From: Spironucleus salmonicida
Taxonomy: Eukaryota
Length of the DNA stretch: 64,000 nucleotides
Direction: 5' to 3'
NCBI RefSeq assembly: GCF_000497125.1
Contig: NC_090600.1
Span: forward strand, 124,001 to 188,000
Shown here piece by piece: positions 26,128 through 39,058 of this stretch. Every line of letters begins with the position of its first letter. Position 1 is the stretch's first letter. A program made the translations under genes and the position numbers. Below the pieces are notes generated by a model, which made no database searches, was not told the origin of the DNA, and was given only the letters and a program-made list of their open reading frames with translations.

Positions 26128-28551
26128 TCACTTAATAAAATCTAAAAACTCTTCCTTTAGAACACTTTATGCTAACGCTAGCTTGTCTGGATCATTTTCT
26201 TAATATGATTTAACAATACTTTTAACCTAGGATACCATCAACTTTAATTTGTTTAAATCTTTTCCACGTTTTTATTATGCAAATAAAAATGCAAATGAAA
26301 CTATAAGAGACAATAGTAATAACTTATGTTTTAATATAGCCTTAATATCATTTCTAGCTAATAATAAAATAATAAAATACGTGTAAATTGGTAATTTTCT
26401 AGCCTTAAGTTCTGGTTAAATAACAACCTCTTTTGTTTATTTTTATAATAACATTGTGTCTATTAATTCTTAATTCAGTGATATTTGTAGTTCCTAAAGT
26501 TGTTATTCTTCAACTACTTGATGCGGAAGAAATCCTGATTATAAATTAAGAATTGATTATTTACTATTTATATTATCCTTATTTAACTCCATAATTCTAT
26601 TTGAATTATTTTGTATGACGAATGCAATAATTTCCTGAATGCTTTAGTTATAATATTTTCCTAATTACTTTATTAAGTAAACTCTTTATCCAACCATTTT
26701 AATTAATCCTTCTGACTTACCAATGATGAAGTTAGAGATAGCTTTATTATTAATATCATACGCCGAAGAGATTCCTATTTAATTTGGAAGTGAGAACATA
26801 ATATGCGACTCGGAAAATGATTTTTCTATACTTAATGATGTTTAAATAACTATACTTTATCTTTCATCTACTAATTGATCATAAAAATCTTCAGGAAGTA
26901 GCTCAATTAATTTAGCAACATCTTTTTTAATTGATACATAAAACCTATCCTTTTAAAGTTTAAAATATTACGATATTAACAATTTTACAAACTTATTTTT
27001 CATTAATTCCAACTAATTTTATAATTCAAATTACTACTCGATAAAATTTTCTGATATGTGTATCAAAATTGGTAATAAATACATCATTTCAAAAAAGAAA
27101 GTATACAACTAGGATATTGAAAACTTTTAAACTATTTCTAACGAAATAATGTTTAGCATAAATAAAGACGATAAATTACCAACAGAAAATTCTAACTAAT
27201 CCGCAAATGGGATACTTAAATCTATTTTTAAGTCAGTTAAACTAGATATTTTAGGTTTTACAAAGTCTTATACTAGCTTAAAAAGTTGAAATAAATCTGA
27301 AAGTCCATCTAAAAATACACAATTAAGACATAATTCACCTTCTTCTACTTAATAATTGATATGTTCTTAAAACATGTTATCAATTTATACAAAACTGTCA
27401 AAAACTCCTAAATAAATGGATTGTACGAAATCTTTTTATTATTAATTAAAAATATTTTGAATTTCGTTCTCAAAATCAATTTCTAAGTCATTAATAATTT
27501 CTTAAGAAACTCCACTTTTCTTTTCTAAATAATTATTAATCATTTATTATTTCGAATCGTATAATCCTTAAAAATCAACTTTACAAACAGCTTTAAGCAG
27601 CTATCCAATCTTCGAATTAACCTAAAAAGCACCTATTGAACTAGATAGACATAATTCATGTTCAATAAGTCTAATTTTACAATCTGACTATTATGTTCTA
27701 TCTTAAAATTCCTTAAGACTTGCTTATACCTCCCTAGAGAACTATATCTATCTCATCAACATCATTTCGCGCCCTAAATCTAATTCTTCATCAGAATCTA
27801 CTAAATTCCACAAATTCTTGAAGTAAATAGCTCTCAGTTCTTATGGAATCTACGCATTAAATGATCCTTACTCTCCTAAATACTTTTTCAAAGTTTGAAC
27901 ACCAATATCATACTATTATTTTTGATACTCTCTGTGAGCTAAGAAAAAGAAATTTACATTAAATTGTGCACTAAATTCTAGAGTTGATTACTCTTTCCAA
28001 ATTGTTAATATATCTTCTTAAATCTATTTTTCTATTAACCTTAAACTTTCGTTGTTTTCGATTTTTGAATCTCTAACGCAGAAAATCATTGAAATTTTAT
28101 TTGTATTTTCGCGCTAATTCTTAATTTTACGAGTGAAAATAGAAAAAACTTTGGCCAAAATACCATAACCAGACGCTTCATAGCGTCCAATATCATGATC
28201 CCATATATTAATTATAAAAACATCTCCAACTGCACAAGCAAATGCAGCGAATTTCTCAGAAACGTGTTACTATTAGAAACGACGTTCTCGCGAATCTGTA
28301 CCTTCTACATCAAAAATGAGATACTTAGATGATTGTACGGCTATAACGCCTTTTGTTGTTTGAGATCGTGGTGTAGATAGCTCTAAAGTTTACAATTTTG
28401 TATCAAAAAGATCGTTAAGTAGAGTTGATTTCCCTGATGATTGCGGACCAAAAATAGAAATAGCTGTAAAAGTCATGGGTAAATTTTATAAAAAACTTGT
28501 AGTTGCTTCAGTTTCAATAAAATGTTGGTCTTAGACGAGTTAAAGGCTCAT
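26128..28551 (-). CDS. SEY1: SEY1/RHD3 (atlastin-like) ER-fusion GTPase, 807 aa
   Basis: SIFGPQSSGKSTLLNDLF, RSQTTKG, FDVEGTDSRER, WDHDIGRYEASGYGILAKVF; hydrophobic segment near the C-terminus. Confidence 0.93.
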
Positions 28552-28619
28552 TTATAGTTAAATTAAATTAAATTAGATATATAAATAATATATTACTAAT
28601 TTTGTATAATAATGTGAAA

Positions 28620-29051
28620 ATGTTTGGTTCGTTAGCCCATCATTTTGCGAGTCCATTCGTTAAAAAATTTACCTTTTAAGACTAATACAAGCCATAAATC
28701 GGTAAATTTACACAGAAATTGGACAGGATATTAGGAAAATATATATAACCAATTGAATTTTAAAAATTTAAACATAAAAATTCTTATTCTTACTTAGCAC
28801 AATTAGATAAACCAGATCTAGCAGCCATTTATACTTTTTCTGCGGATAGTAGGCCAATTGAAAAATTTATCAAAATCAGACGTGAGGTTGTTGATGGAAA
28901 AGTTGATCCTAGTCTCATAAAATGGTTTTAAGATGCTTCTATAAGTGGTCAATTTTATGGCTCATAGGGAAATTTGGGGAAGTTAGATTTGAGAAAAGCG
29001 TTTTTGCAGTTGGTGATAGAAGACATTGCGGAGTTTTAACTTCATGATTGA
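28620..29051 (+). CDS. hypothetical protein, 143 aa
   Basis: MFGSLAHHFASPF... open to TGA at 29049; divergent from SEY1 across 68 bp. Confidence 0.7.
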
Positions 29052-29327
29052 ATAATCTTGATATACCATAGAAAATATTATTTATATATTTCTATTATAC
29101 ATAAATCTTGTATACGTAATATTTGGTTAAATTTAGTATTTTATCAAATATTTATTGGTTACAATTTGACAAAGTTTATCAACCAATTTTTATGAAAATT
29201 TAATATTTATATGAAAGTGTTTTAATACTACTAAAAATGATTCACAAATTATATTAAATTTTACAGATAGCGTTTAAAATATATATTAAGTATAAATTAA
29301 TTCTTGATTTATTTTCCATTTCACCAA

Positions 29328-30821
29328 ATGCAGTTAGCTGATCTCAAACCCAAAGAACTTTGGGATGAATTCTTTGAAATCTGCAAAATACCTCATGGTT
29401 CAGGAAATATTGATGCCCTTCGTGCCTTTATCAGAGCTCGTGCTGAGTAACGTGGCTTTAAGTGTGTTGAAGACGGTGAAGCTGGTAATCTTTTGATTGT
29501 CAAACCTGCTGATCCAGGTTTTGAAAATGCACCAGTTATCTGTTGCTAAGGTCATCTTGATATGGTCTGTTCTAAGCGCTCAGACTGTGCTCACGACTTT
29601 ATCAAAGATCCTATCAAGCCTCAAATTTCTAAGGTTGACGGAGAAGACGTCGTTATTGCTACTGGAACCAGCCTTGGAGCTGATAATGGTATCGGTGTTG
29701 CCACTGGTCTTGCTTTGATATTCGATAAATCTTTCAAAACTGGTAAGATTGAAGTTTTCTGCACTAAGGATGAAGAAACTACCATGCACGGTGTTTAACA
29801 TTTAAAGAGCGATCTATTGAGTGCTAAGTATTTACTTAACCTCGACTCTGAAGATTTAGGTGTTATTACTATTGGTTCTTCAGGTGGTTTCTGCTAAACC
29901 ATCACTATTCCTCAGTATCCCATTTAAGAATGCAAATCTTGCGACTGTGTAACATTAACTGTTAAGTCTTGTTCTGGTGGTCACTCTGGCATTGATGCTA
30001 GTGAATACCACGCCAATGCATCTAAGTGCCTCGGTCGTTTGCTTGATCTTGCTGTGTCTCATGGAGCTGGTCTTTGCAAGATTGTTGGTGGCGTTGCCCA
30101 CAACGCTATCCCTATGGATGCTACTGCATGTGTTTGTTTTTCTGGTGTTTCAAAGGGTGATTTTCTCACTAAAGCTAAGGTTTTAGGTGAATTAATCAAA
30201 GGTGAATTTACTGCTACTGATGCTGGTATGATTGTTGAAGTGAATGACAGCTGTGCTTGCTGTGAAAACTGTAAATGCATCTCTAACGAGAATGCTAGAA
30301 AGATTGTAGACTTCTTAAATATTGTCCCTTCCACAGTTTTAAGGATGAGCTAAGACGTCAAAGGCTTAACAGAATCTTCTATCAACCTTGGTAAGGTTCG
30401 TTTCAACTCCGTTGATTAATCACAAAATTTCTTCTTGCTCCTTGCTCGTTCCTCTATCAACTCTTTCCTACCTTATATTTAATAACAGTTAAATGCTTTA
30501 GCCCGTTTAGCTGGTTTCACCACTAGCGATATGTAGGATCCTTATGGCGGATGGGCTCCTAATACTAAGTCTGCTTTACTTAAGATTGCCATATCTGAAA
30601 CTGCCAAAGTTATGAAGATGAAGGACTCTGAGGTAAAGATTGAAGCTATCCACGCTGGTTTAGAATGCGGTGAAATTATCTCGAAATATCCTCATATTGA
30701 AGCTATTTCTATCGGTCCCACCATCAAGAATCCCCATTCTGACCGCGAACTTATTAAGATCAATACCGTAGAATAATTCTATCAGATCACCAAGAATATC
30801 ATCTAGGAGCTTTCTAAGTGA
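29328..30821 (+). CDS. pepD: aminoacyl-histidine dipeptidase (PepD, peptidase M20C), 497 aa
   Basis: FFEICKIPHGSGN, QGHLDMV, GTSLGADNGIG, DEETTMHG, LNLDSE, GGHSG, IHAGLECG, SIGPTIKNPHS. Confidence 0.95.
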
Positions 30822-30831
30822 TACATATTTT

Positions 30832-31812
30832 TCACAAATTTATCAATTATAACCAAAAATCTTCTTAATTAAAATCTTCTTCTAACTATACAAGAGCTTA
30901 AATTCCAATTTTTCTTAAAGCTCTACCACTGTACCCCTCTAGTTTCGCACTAGCCTACTTAACAAGCTCTTTGTTTACCTCTTCACTGCTTATTCCAGAC
31001 CAAACACTTTTGAGTATTTCTATTCTTTCGGTTATATTTGGTAATTCTATCTATTAAATAATATCACATCTATCAATAAACGCGGGGTCTAATTTATCTG
31101 TTAGGTTAGATGTGCAGATTGTAATTATATTTGGATAATTTCTTAATTAATCAAGTTAAGTTAGAACTGCATTCGCGGCTCTAATACTATCAGTAGGTTC
31201 ATTATCATTATTACGCGTACTAGCCAGGCTTTCAATTTCATCAATAAGAAGAAATACGGGATTTGATTCAGATTCTTCTATAATTTAGTTAAATAATCTC
31301 TGTACTATTTTTCCTGACTCTGAAAAATATTTAGAAAACAGCGCATGAGCATTAACAGTAATAAGAATAGAGTTTTTAATTTAATATGAACAATTTTAGA
31401 ATATCTTCAGCGCTAAAGATGTTTTACCGCCTCCTGGAGGTCCTGCTAAAAGTAATAGCTTGTGCAAATGTAAAGATGGATATTTATTTGCCATTATAAA
31501 TTTAACATAATTAGATAATTTCTTGATAACTGATTCAGGAAATTTAAGAGTATCATTTAAAATTTCGAGTTACTAATGTGGTAATGGTTATGAAACGTAC
31601 ATAATAGTATTATTTATCTCTAATGGTTCAGGTTATTCTGTTGATAACCAATATTAAAAAACTTTAACATTATCACAAGGTAAAATCCTAATTTAAGCAT
31701 CGCTATATTCAAATTATTACGGAGGAAATAAACTATTGTTGAGAATATACTCAGATAGTTCAGTTATCTAAGTAGAATCGAATTCAGTTTTGTTTATAAT
31801 ATGAATTTCCAT
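30832..31812 (-). CDS. PCH2: Pch2/TRIP13 AAA+ ATPase, 326 aa
   Basis: LLLAGPPGGGKTSL, family-specific NAHALFSKYFSESGK, LLIDEIESLASTR, EPTDSIRAANAVLTQLDQL, DPAFIDR, GYSGRALRK. Confidence 0.92.
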
Positions 31813-33042
31813 TTAGAAGTAGTAGAATATGAATATAAAATAATAATATCATTATTTAAAAATTAGTGAAAAACAATATCCAAGTAAAATAATAAAACTA
31901 GATACAATTTACCACTTCGCACCCTCTATTATTACATATTAATTCATCATTTATATTCTGCAACCTTTGAGTGAGATTCCCACCAAAATAATGCCTAAAA
32001 TAATCAATAGTTGACCAAACCAATAGAATCTTCGAAGTATGAGGCGAAACTTCTTTTATAAATGTTTAAATCTACTTATATTCTATTGGATTATTTTCTA
32101 ATTTATCTGCTAATCTTACAGACATTAAAAAACAATCTGTTATATTTCGAATTATATATTCAGAAGATTTATAACCTGTATATTCTAATACTTAAACACT
32201 TGAAAATCTTAACAAATTATCAATTTATTAATATTTGTGTTTAGTTCAAGTAGAAGTGTCTGATCTAATCGCGGTGTCAGAAAAATTAATTTTTAAATAT
32301 TTTATACTGCTATTTTTGGTAAAGTATTTGCAAATATAAATGTTGGCTCGAAAGATTATTCATAAAATTAATTATTATAGAAATCTTATGATTAGTATGT
32401 ATACCTTTCAATAAAATGAAGCGACTAATGAAAAATATGGTTTTAATTCAATTATGTATATATAGCCGGGGTTTGATTAAGTTATTTCTTTATTAATAAT
32501 TATACTATTTATTATAAGGCTTTGAAATCAGATGAAATAAAGGCTATCAGTGGGGGTTCATTTGATGATAAAATCTATGACATTTATTAAACCTTAAATA
32601 TATTATATTATAATATTAATCTAATTAATTTATAAATTTTTAATACCTTGTATTTGGTAAAATCATTTATTCCTAAAATTATATCAAACCAAGACGAATT
32701 ATAAACCTATAAGACCAAACTTTTCAGATTACTTAACTGCATACTAAAATTAGTAATTCTAAATAAGTAAAATAAACCATTCATGGATCACAAAGAATGA
32801 CTTTCTTCAATGATAACCCGATTTTGGTATTGTTATTTCTAACATTAACCTCTGGCTAAACCTTATTAAGCTAATAACTAAATTTCACCTCAACCCCTGG
32901 CATCCCTACTCTTGAACAAGTTAGCAACGGCACTCATTAAATATTCTTATAGTAATTCTTGACTTATATCTTCTTATTATTATACATTAACATACCGTAT
33001 TTTATAATAGCTAAACCCCTCTTATTATATAGGAAAAATTGC

Positions 33043-36000
33043 TCACTGCACGCTGATTCTCCATCTTACGTCGCCAACCTCGAAATCGTCCTCCTCGGCC
33101 TAGCAGCCAATTTCAACGCATAAATCTCCATTCACGCGCTCAGCGATTTTCTTTACAATTTCGCCAATTTCAGCTTCCCCGGAAACGATTTTAACCGCTA
33201 AATTCCTCCTCTCATTCAGCTAGAGCCCGGCGCTCTTCCTGGCCTGTTGAATTCTGCTGAAAAAGTCTCTTTCGAGCGCCAATTTGACCAATTCTGCGTC
33301 CTGTTTCAGGTCGAATTGCGTCAAAAATCCGTTTTCGTCAGCACTTGCCCCGAACTCTGCAATTGGGGCTAGGTTTACAGCACAAAACTCTTTACTAATT
33401 GTTATGTTCTAATATACAACTTCGCCTTCATATCTCAATTTTTTGACCAAATCTGCATCCATCAAAGCGCAAAATTCCTTCACGGCCTTTATGGCTCCAG
33501 CGAGCTCTTTTCCAGTAAATACTTCGCGTATTTTTTTGAAATTTGGCTCCAGTTCAATTTTCGCGTAATTTGCTTCACCAGAGACGAGAATTACATCCAA
33601 AACGTTCAGTTCTGATGCAATGTAAAATTTCAATGTCTAGAGATGCGAAATGATCAATTCAGAGTCGTGAACGACCGTCACAGAGCGCAAAGGTGCTTTA
33701 AAAGATGAAATGTTGCACTTATCTCTCCTGCACATTCTACCAAGCATAATAACGTTTTTCATAGCTTCTATTTTTTCAATTAAAAGTGGGTCATTGAACT
33801 GGAATGTTCCTGGTTAAATTGCTGGCATTTAGTGGAAGTGGATTGATTTGAAGCGGTCTTCTTCAGGAAGTAACGGCATAAGTTAGTGATACATATACTC
33901 AGTGAGGAATGGAGTAAATGGCGCCATTAATTTACAAAGATTGATTAGTACAAAAAAGAGAACATTTAAGCAGACCAATGACTCGTTGGAGTCGTTTAAG
34001 GACTCAGTGCCTTTCATACGAGAACGATTGAAACGGATGTACCAATTTGTCAAATCGTTCAAAAATTTAATAAGCTCTGGAAGTACGTTATAAAGCTTAT
34101 ATGCTTCCATTTCACGTTTTACCGTGATTGTAAGCTTTTCAAATGCAGCTAAAACCCACTTATCCATCACGTGTTCGACCTTTTCCGTCAAGTTTATTAT
34201 CTCAAATTTTATGTTAGTCTGTTGATATCTGATAACGTTTTATGCGAAGAATCTGAAACTGTTGAACCATGGTAAAAATACGTCTTTAATGACATCTTTA
34301 ACACCATCATAACGGAATCTAAGCTCCTAGGCTCTGACTGCTGGGCTTTAACACAAATACATTCTCATAGCATCAGCACCATAATTATCCAAAACTTCTT
34401 CAACTGGCGGATAATTTTTGAGCCTTTTGCTCATTTTCTGTCCATTTTCTGCTAAAACCAAACCATTCACAATGCAGTGTTTTGCAGGCGGTTTGTCGAA
34501 CAGAATTGTACTAAGAATGAGAAGAGTGTAGAACCATCCTCTAGTTTGGTCCAGGCCTTCAGCGATGAAATCAGCTAAACCATCTTCTTATTCTCTGAAT
34601 TGAGTATCTGAGAAAGGATAGTGAGATTGTGCATAAGGCATCGAACCAGACTCAAACCAACAGTCGAATACAGGTGCTATACGTTTCATTGGAGGATAGC
34701 TAGGGCCTCTAGGATCTGGAATTTCGATAGAGTCGACGAATTCTCTATGGAGGTCTGTCACAGTGACACCTGATAGTTTTCGGAGTTCTTCGATAGATTC
34801 AATACATATTAGCTCTTTTCCGTCTTCTGATGACCAAACTGGGATTGGACAGCCCCAGAAACGGTTCCTTGAGATAGCCCAATCGCGAGCATTTGCTAAC
34901 CAGTTATGGAAGCGTTTTTCCTGCACAAAAGATGGCACCCATTCTGCCTTTTTATTATTTCTAATAAGGTCTTCTTTGATATCTTCAACACGAACGAACC
35001 AGGAAGGAATCGCGCGGTATATTAATGGAGTTTCAGATCTCCAACAGAAAGGGTACGAATGAGTGCAAGTTGCTTATGAAAATAAGCGTTTTGACTCTTT
35101 CAAATGTTTGCAAATTGATTTATCAGCATCTTTAACATAAATTCCTTTGAAATGAGTGACCTCTTCAGTGAATTTACCAGATTCATCTACAGGACAAACG
35201 ATTGGAGAGTCTTTTGTGATAATACCAGCCAGTAAACATACACGATAGTCGTCTTCACCAAAGAATGGGGCCATGTGGACAATACCAGTACCGGAATCAG
35301 CAGTTACATAATTATCAGAAAGAACACGATGAGCGTTATATTTTTCAGAATATGCACTGAAATAGTCAAACAATGGCTAATATTTTAATCCTACTAAATC
35401 TTTACCTTTAACTTTGCGAATAATTTCATATTTGACCGTTTTATCCTTTTTATTTTCAGGATAAAGCTCAGTGATTCTATTCTCTAATACTATATATTGG
35501 CTCGATGTTGCGAGATCTTTAACTTGAATATAATCAAAACCTTCATTAACACAAAGGGCTAAATTAGATGGTAAAGTCCAAGGAGTAGTTGTCCAAGCAC
35601 AAATAGAGAAATCTTCACCAATTACTGGGAATGAAACGATACAACATGGATCCTAAACATCTTTATAATTTTGACCTGCTTCAAAGTTTGAAAGTGAAGT
35701 AGCACATCCAGTTGAGTAAGGCATAACTTTAACACCCTAATAAACCATATTCTTTTGCCAAAGTTACTTAAATACCCACCAAACAGACTCCATAAATTCA
35801 GGTTTGAGAGTTTTATAGTCGTTCTTGAAATCAATCCACCTTCCAGAACGCTTAACAATAGTTTCCCACTCACCTGCATATCTTGTAACAATAGCGCGGC
35901 ATTCTTCATTATAGTTATGAATACCCATATCACGGATCTATTAGGGAGAAGTAATACCAAGCTTCTAGTCAATTTCATACTCAACAGGTAAACCATGAGT

Positions 36001-36273
36001 ATCCCAACCAAAACGGCGAGGTACATATCTGCCGTTTTAAGACTAATATCTACAAACTACATCTTTGATAGTTCCGGCCAATAAATGACCATAATGAGGT
36101 AAGCCCGTGGCAAAAGGAGGTCCATCAAAAAAGTGGAACTTAGGGAGGTGTTCTGTAAGTTTCATCTGTTCTTGGAAAGCATCAATCTCTTCCCAATAGT
36201 TGAGAACTTAAGTTTCCATCTAAGGGAAATTCAGAGATTGGGGAGGTAGATCAAAGTCAACAGGGTTGAACAT
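33043..36273 (-). CDS. IARS1: isoleucyl-tRNA synthetase (eukaryotic cytosolic type), 1076 aa
   Basis: [78 protein letters not shown]. Confidence 0.97.
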
Positions 36274-36649
36274 TAAGGAAAGAAAAATAAGGAGAAGGTA
36301 GAATATTTAATTACTGAATTATTATATTATTATAACTAAATAAATTCATTTTTTAATTACTACATAATCTTATATTATGTCAATTTAATTTACTGTAGAT
36401 AACATTGTTTCTTAACGAACTATACTCTATACTAATCATTAAATTTATTTTTTAACTTTATAATTCCACTATTTCTTAATATTATAAAGATGTTTAAACT
36501 AAGTATAGCAATTTTGAAAAGAAGATAGTTTTTGGAGTTATTTGAAGAAATTCATTTAAATAGCATTTAAAATTGCATATAATGACCGAAAAAACTATCC
36601 TTTTACATTTCAATGTACTATGCTAATTTTATTTTTATATACTTAAAAA

Positions 36650-36952
36650 ATGCCCATATAATCATCCTGGACTAGAAAAGAAGAAAAAATGCTTTGTAAA
36701 TTTATAGCTGATAACAATATTACTACTAGTCCTGTAGACTGGACTGGGGTATAGAGATATTTGCCAAACCGATCTACAAAATAAATAACTGCAAAGTTTT
36801 TCCGAATGAAAAACGATATAAGCTAAAGATGGGATTTTGATGCTAAGAACTTAAAATTCTGCAGATCGGAACCATAATCAGACGATAGTGATAATGTTGA
36901 TAAGATGATAATAGATCTATGTAGCCTTATCAATAACATGTAGATTGAGTGA
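36650..36952 (+). CDS. single Myb/SANT-domain protein, 100 aa
   Basis: WTRKEEKMLCKFI...VDWTGVQRYLPNRSTKQITAKF. Confidence 0.8.
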
Positions 36953-37149
36953 TTCAAAATAAAATATCATATTCATATATAAAAGACATCAATATAGTAT
37001 TGAAAATCTGTAGTGAAAAACTATCAGGTTATAATTTAAAAATTTAAAGAATCGATATATTGCGAATCAACATAAATAATATATATATTTATTTATTAAA
37101 ATAAAATATACTATTATATATCAGTAAAGTTTAATTATAAATATAATAA

Positions 37150-38994
37150 ATGGAACTTGAGGAATAAAATTGGAAAAATTTATATACTTAAAATTCATTA
37201 TTACTATAGAAGGCTTATTAATAATTATAGTAATAAGGTATTGATGTCAATAAATGGAGAACATACTCAGGCGAACTAAGGTAAATAATTAATAAACACT
37301 AAATGACCTATTCCGAAAATAGTCATTATGAAAAAGAAATAAAGGAAAAAGTATAGGAAAAAGTTATTACCGAGCTTAAAAGTAAATTAGAAATCAAAAA
37401 TACGTAATTGCAGAAAGCTAAACTTGAACTTCTGGAAACTAGAGATAATCTTACGTTATAACAAGCATATGAGATGAAATATAATTAAATATTAGCTGAA
37501 CTCACTAAAACTCATTCAAAATTACTATTAGAAATGGAAATTAGGTAGTCAAATGATAATGAAAATATGAAATTATGCGATTAATATTAAAATTAAATAA
37601 GATAATTAGAATAATAAATTCGTACTTATGTTGATAGAGACACTGATATTTCACTCCAGTTAAAGTTAGTATAATAAACTAACAAAACTCTCAAAATTGA
37701 GGTTGGTTAGTAATCTAAGCAATAAGATATACTTTTAGAAAATATTGAATATCTGAAAAATTAAGGTGAAATAACTGCTGGTGTTATTGAAAATATGAAT
37801 AAAGAAATACTTTAAAAAGATATAATCATAGGTGATTTAGAAACTGAAATTAAAAAGATGTAAGAAAATATTAAAGAAATAGACCTTATATAGAAAAATA
37901 TATTGAACTCAAAGGACGAAATAAAAATAGAATCAGTTACTAAGTAAGATATATAAGTAGAATTAAAATTAGAAGAACCTGAAACATAAAAATAACCGCC
38001 TATATAAACTTAATAAGATAAAAATCCACTATTATAGGATAAATTAGAATAATTATTGACTGATGATGAAAATGACCCATAAGTAATTTAATAAGAAGAA
38101 AATACTATTATTGATATTAAATTGTCGAACGAAAATTATGAGATTTAATAAGAAATTGAATAGCCTGAAAATCTAGAAAATAAATAATAACAATAGGATT
38201 TATAAATTAAGGAAGTTATTGAAGACATATAGGAGGTAGAATAAGAAGAAAATGACATCCCGTCGCCATAATTTAATAATACAGAAGATTAAAAGCAATA
38301 ATCAGAATAAGATAAGTAGATTCTAGATACAAAAAAAATATAATCATTATTCGGAAAAAAACTGAATGTTGCAAAACTAATAGGTAATAATAAAGATAAT
38401 GAAATAAAAGATAACGACCCTGAACTTTCAAGCAACGATGAGAAAATATAGAACCCAACAAAAGAGAAGAAAATGTTCTTATCTAAAAAGAAGCAAGTTA
38501 ATGATTCTGATAATACGGTAGAAATAATACAAAAAGATAATAATAATATATTTGAAGATTAGAAACAAGAGTAAGAACCGGATAAAATCATTACCAATAA
38601 AGAAGATGATAATAGCAAATAACCTACAATTTCAGAATCATAATTAAGAAAATTAACAAAATCTATGAAAAAATTAGAACATAAATAAGAAATAGGTATA
38701 GAACATTAATAAAAAGATAACTAGGTTGTATCTGAACAAAAACAATCTAAATCATTGCTTGGTAATAAAAAATAATAAGATTAACTTTAATAAGAACCAG
38801 TGGATCCTGATGATCCATAAAATTTTGAAGAGATACCAGCAGAAGTATTGATTAAACAAGAAGACAAAGTTTAACCTCTAACATTAGAAACAATGGAAGT
38901 TAAAACTAAAAGACCAAAAACCATAGCACCAATCAGAAAAAAAGAACCAGAAGGGCCAAAGCTACTACCGTCTATTGTTATATCTAAATAGTGA
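37150..38994 (+). CDS. E/Q/K-rich coiled-coil and low-complexity hypothetical protein, 614 aa
   Basis: Long frame from MELEEQNWKNLY to TAG TGA. Confidence 0.8.
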
Positions 38995-39058
38995 AATTAT
39001 ATTATTATATAATATAAATTAATTATTCTCAAAACCCTGTTCTACCACTTCCAAACTA

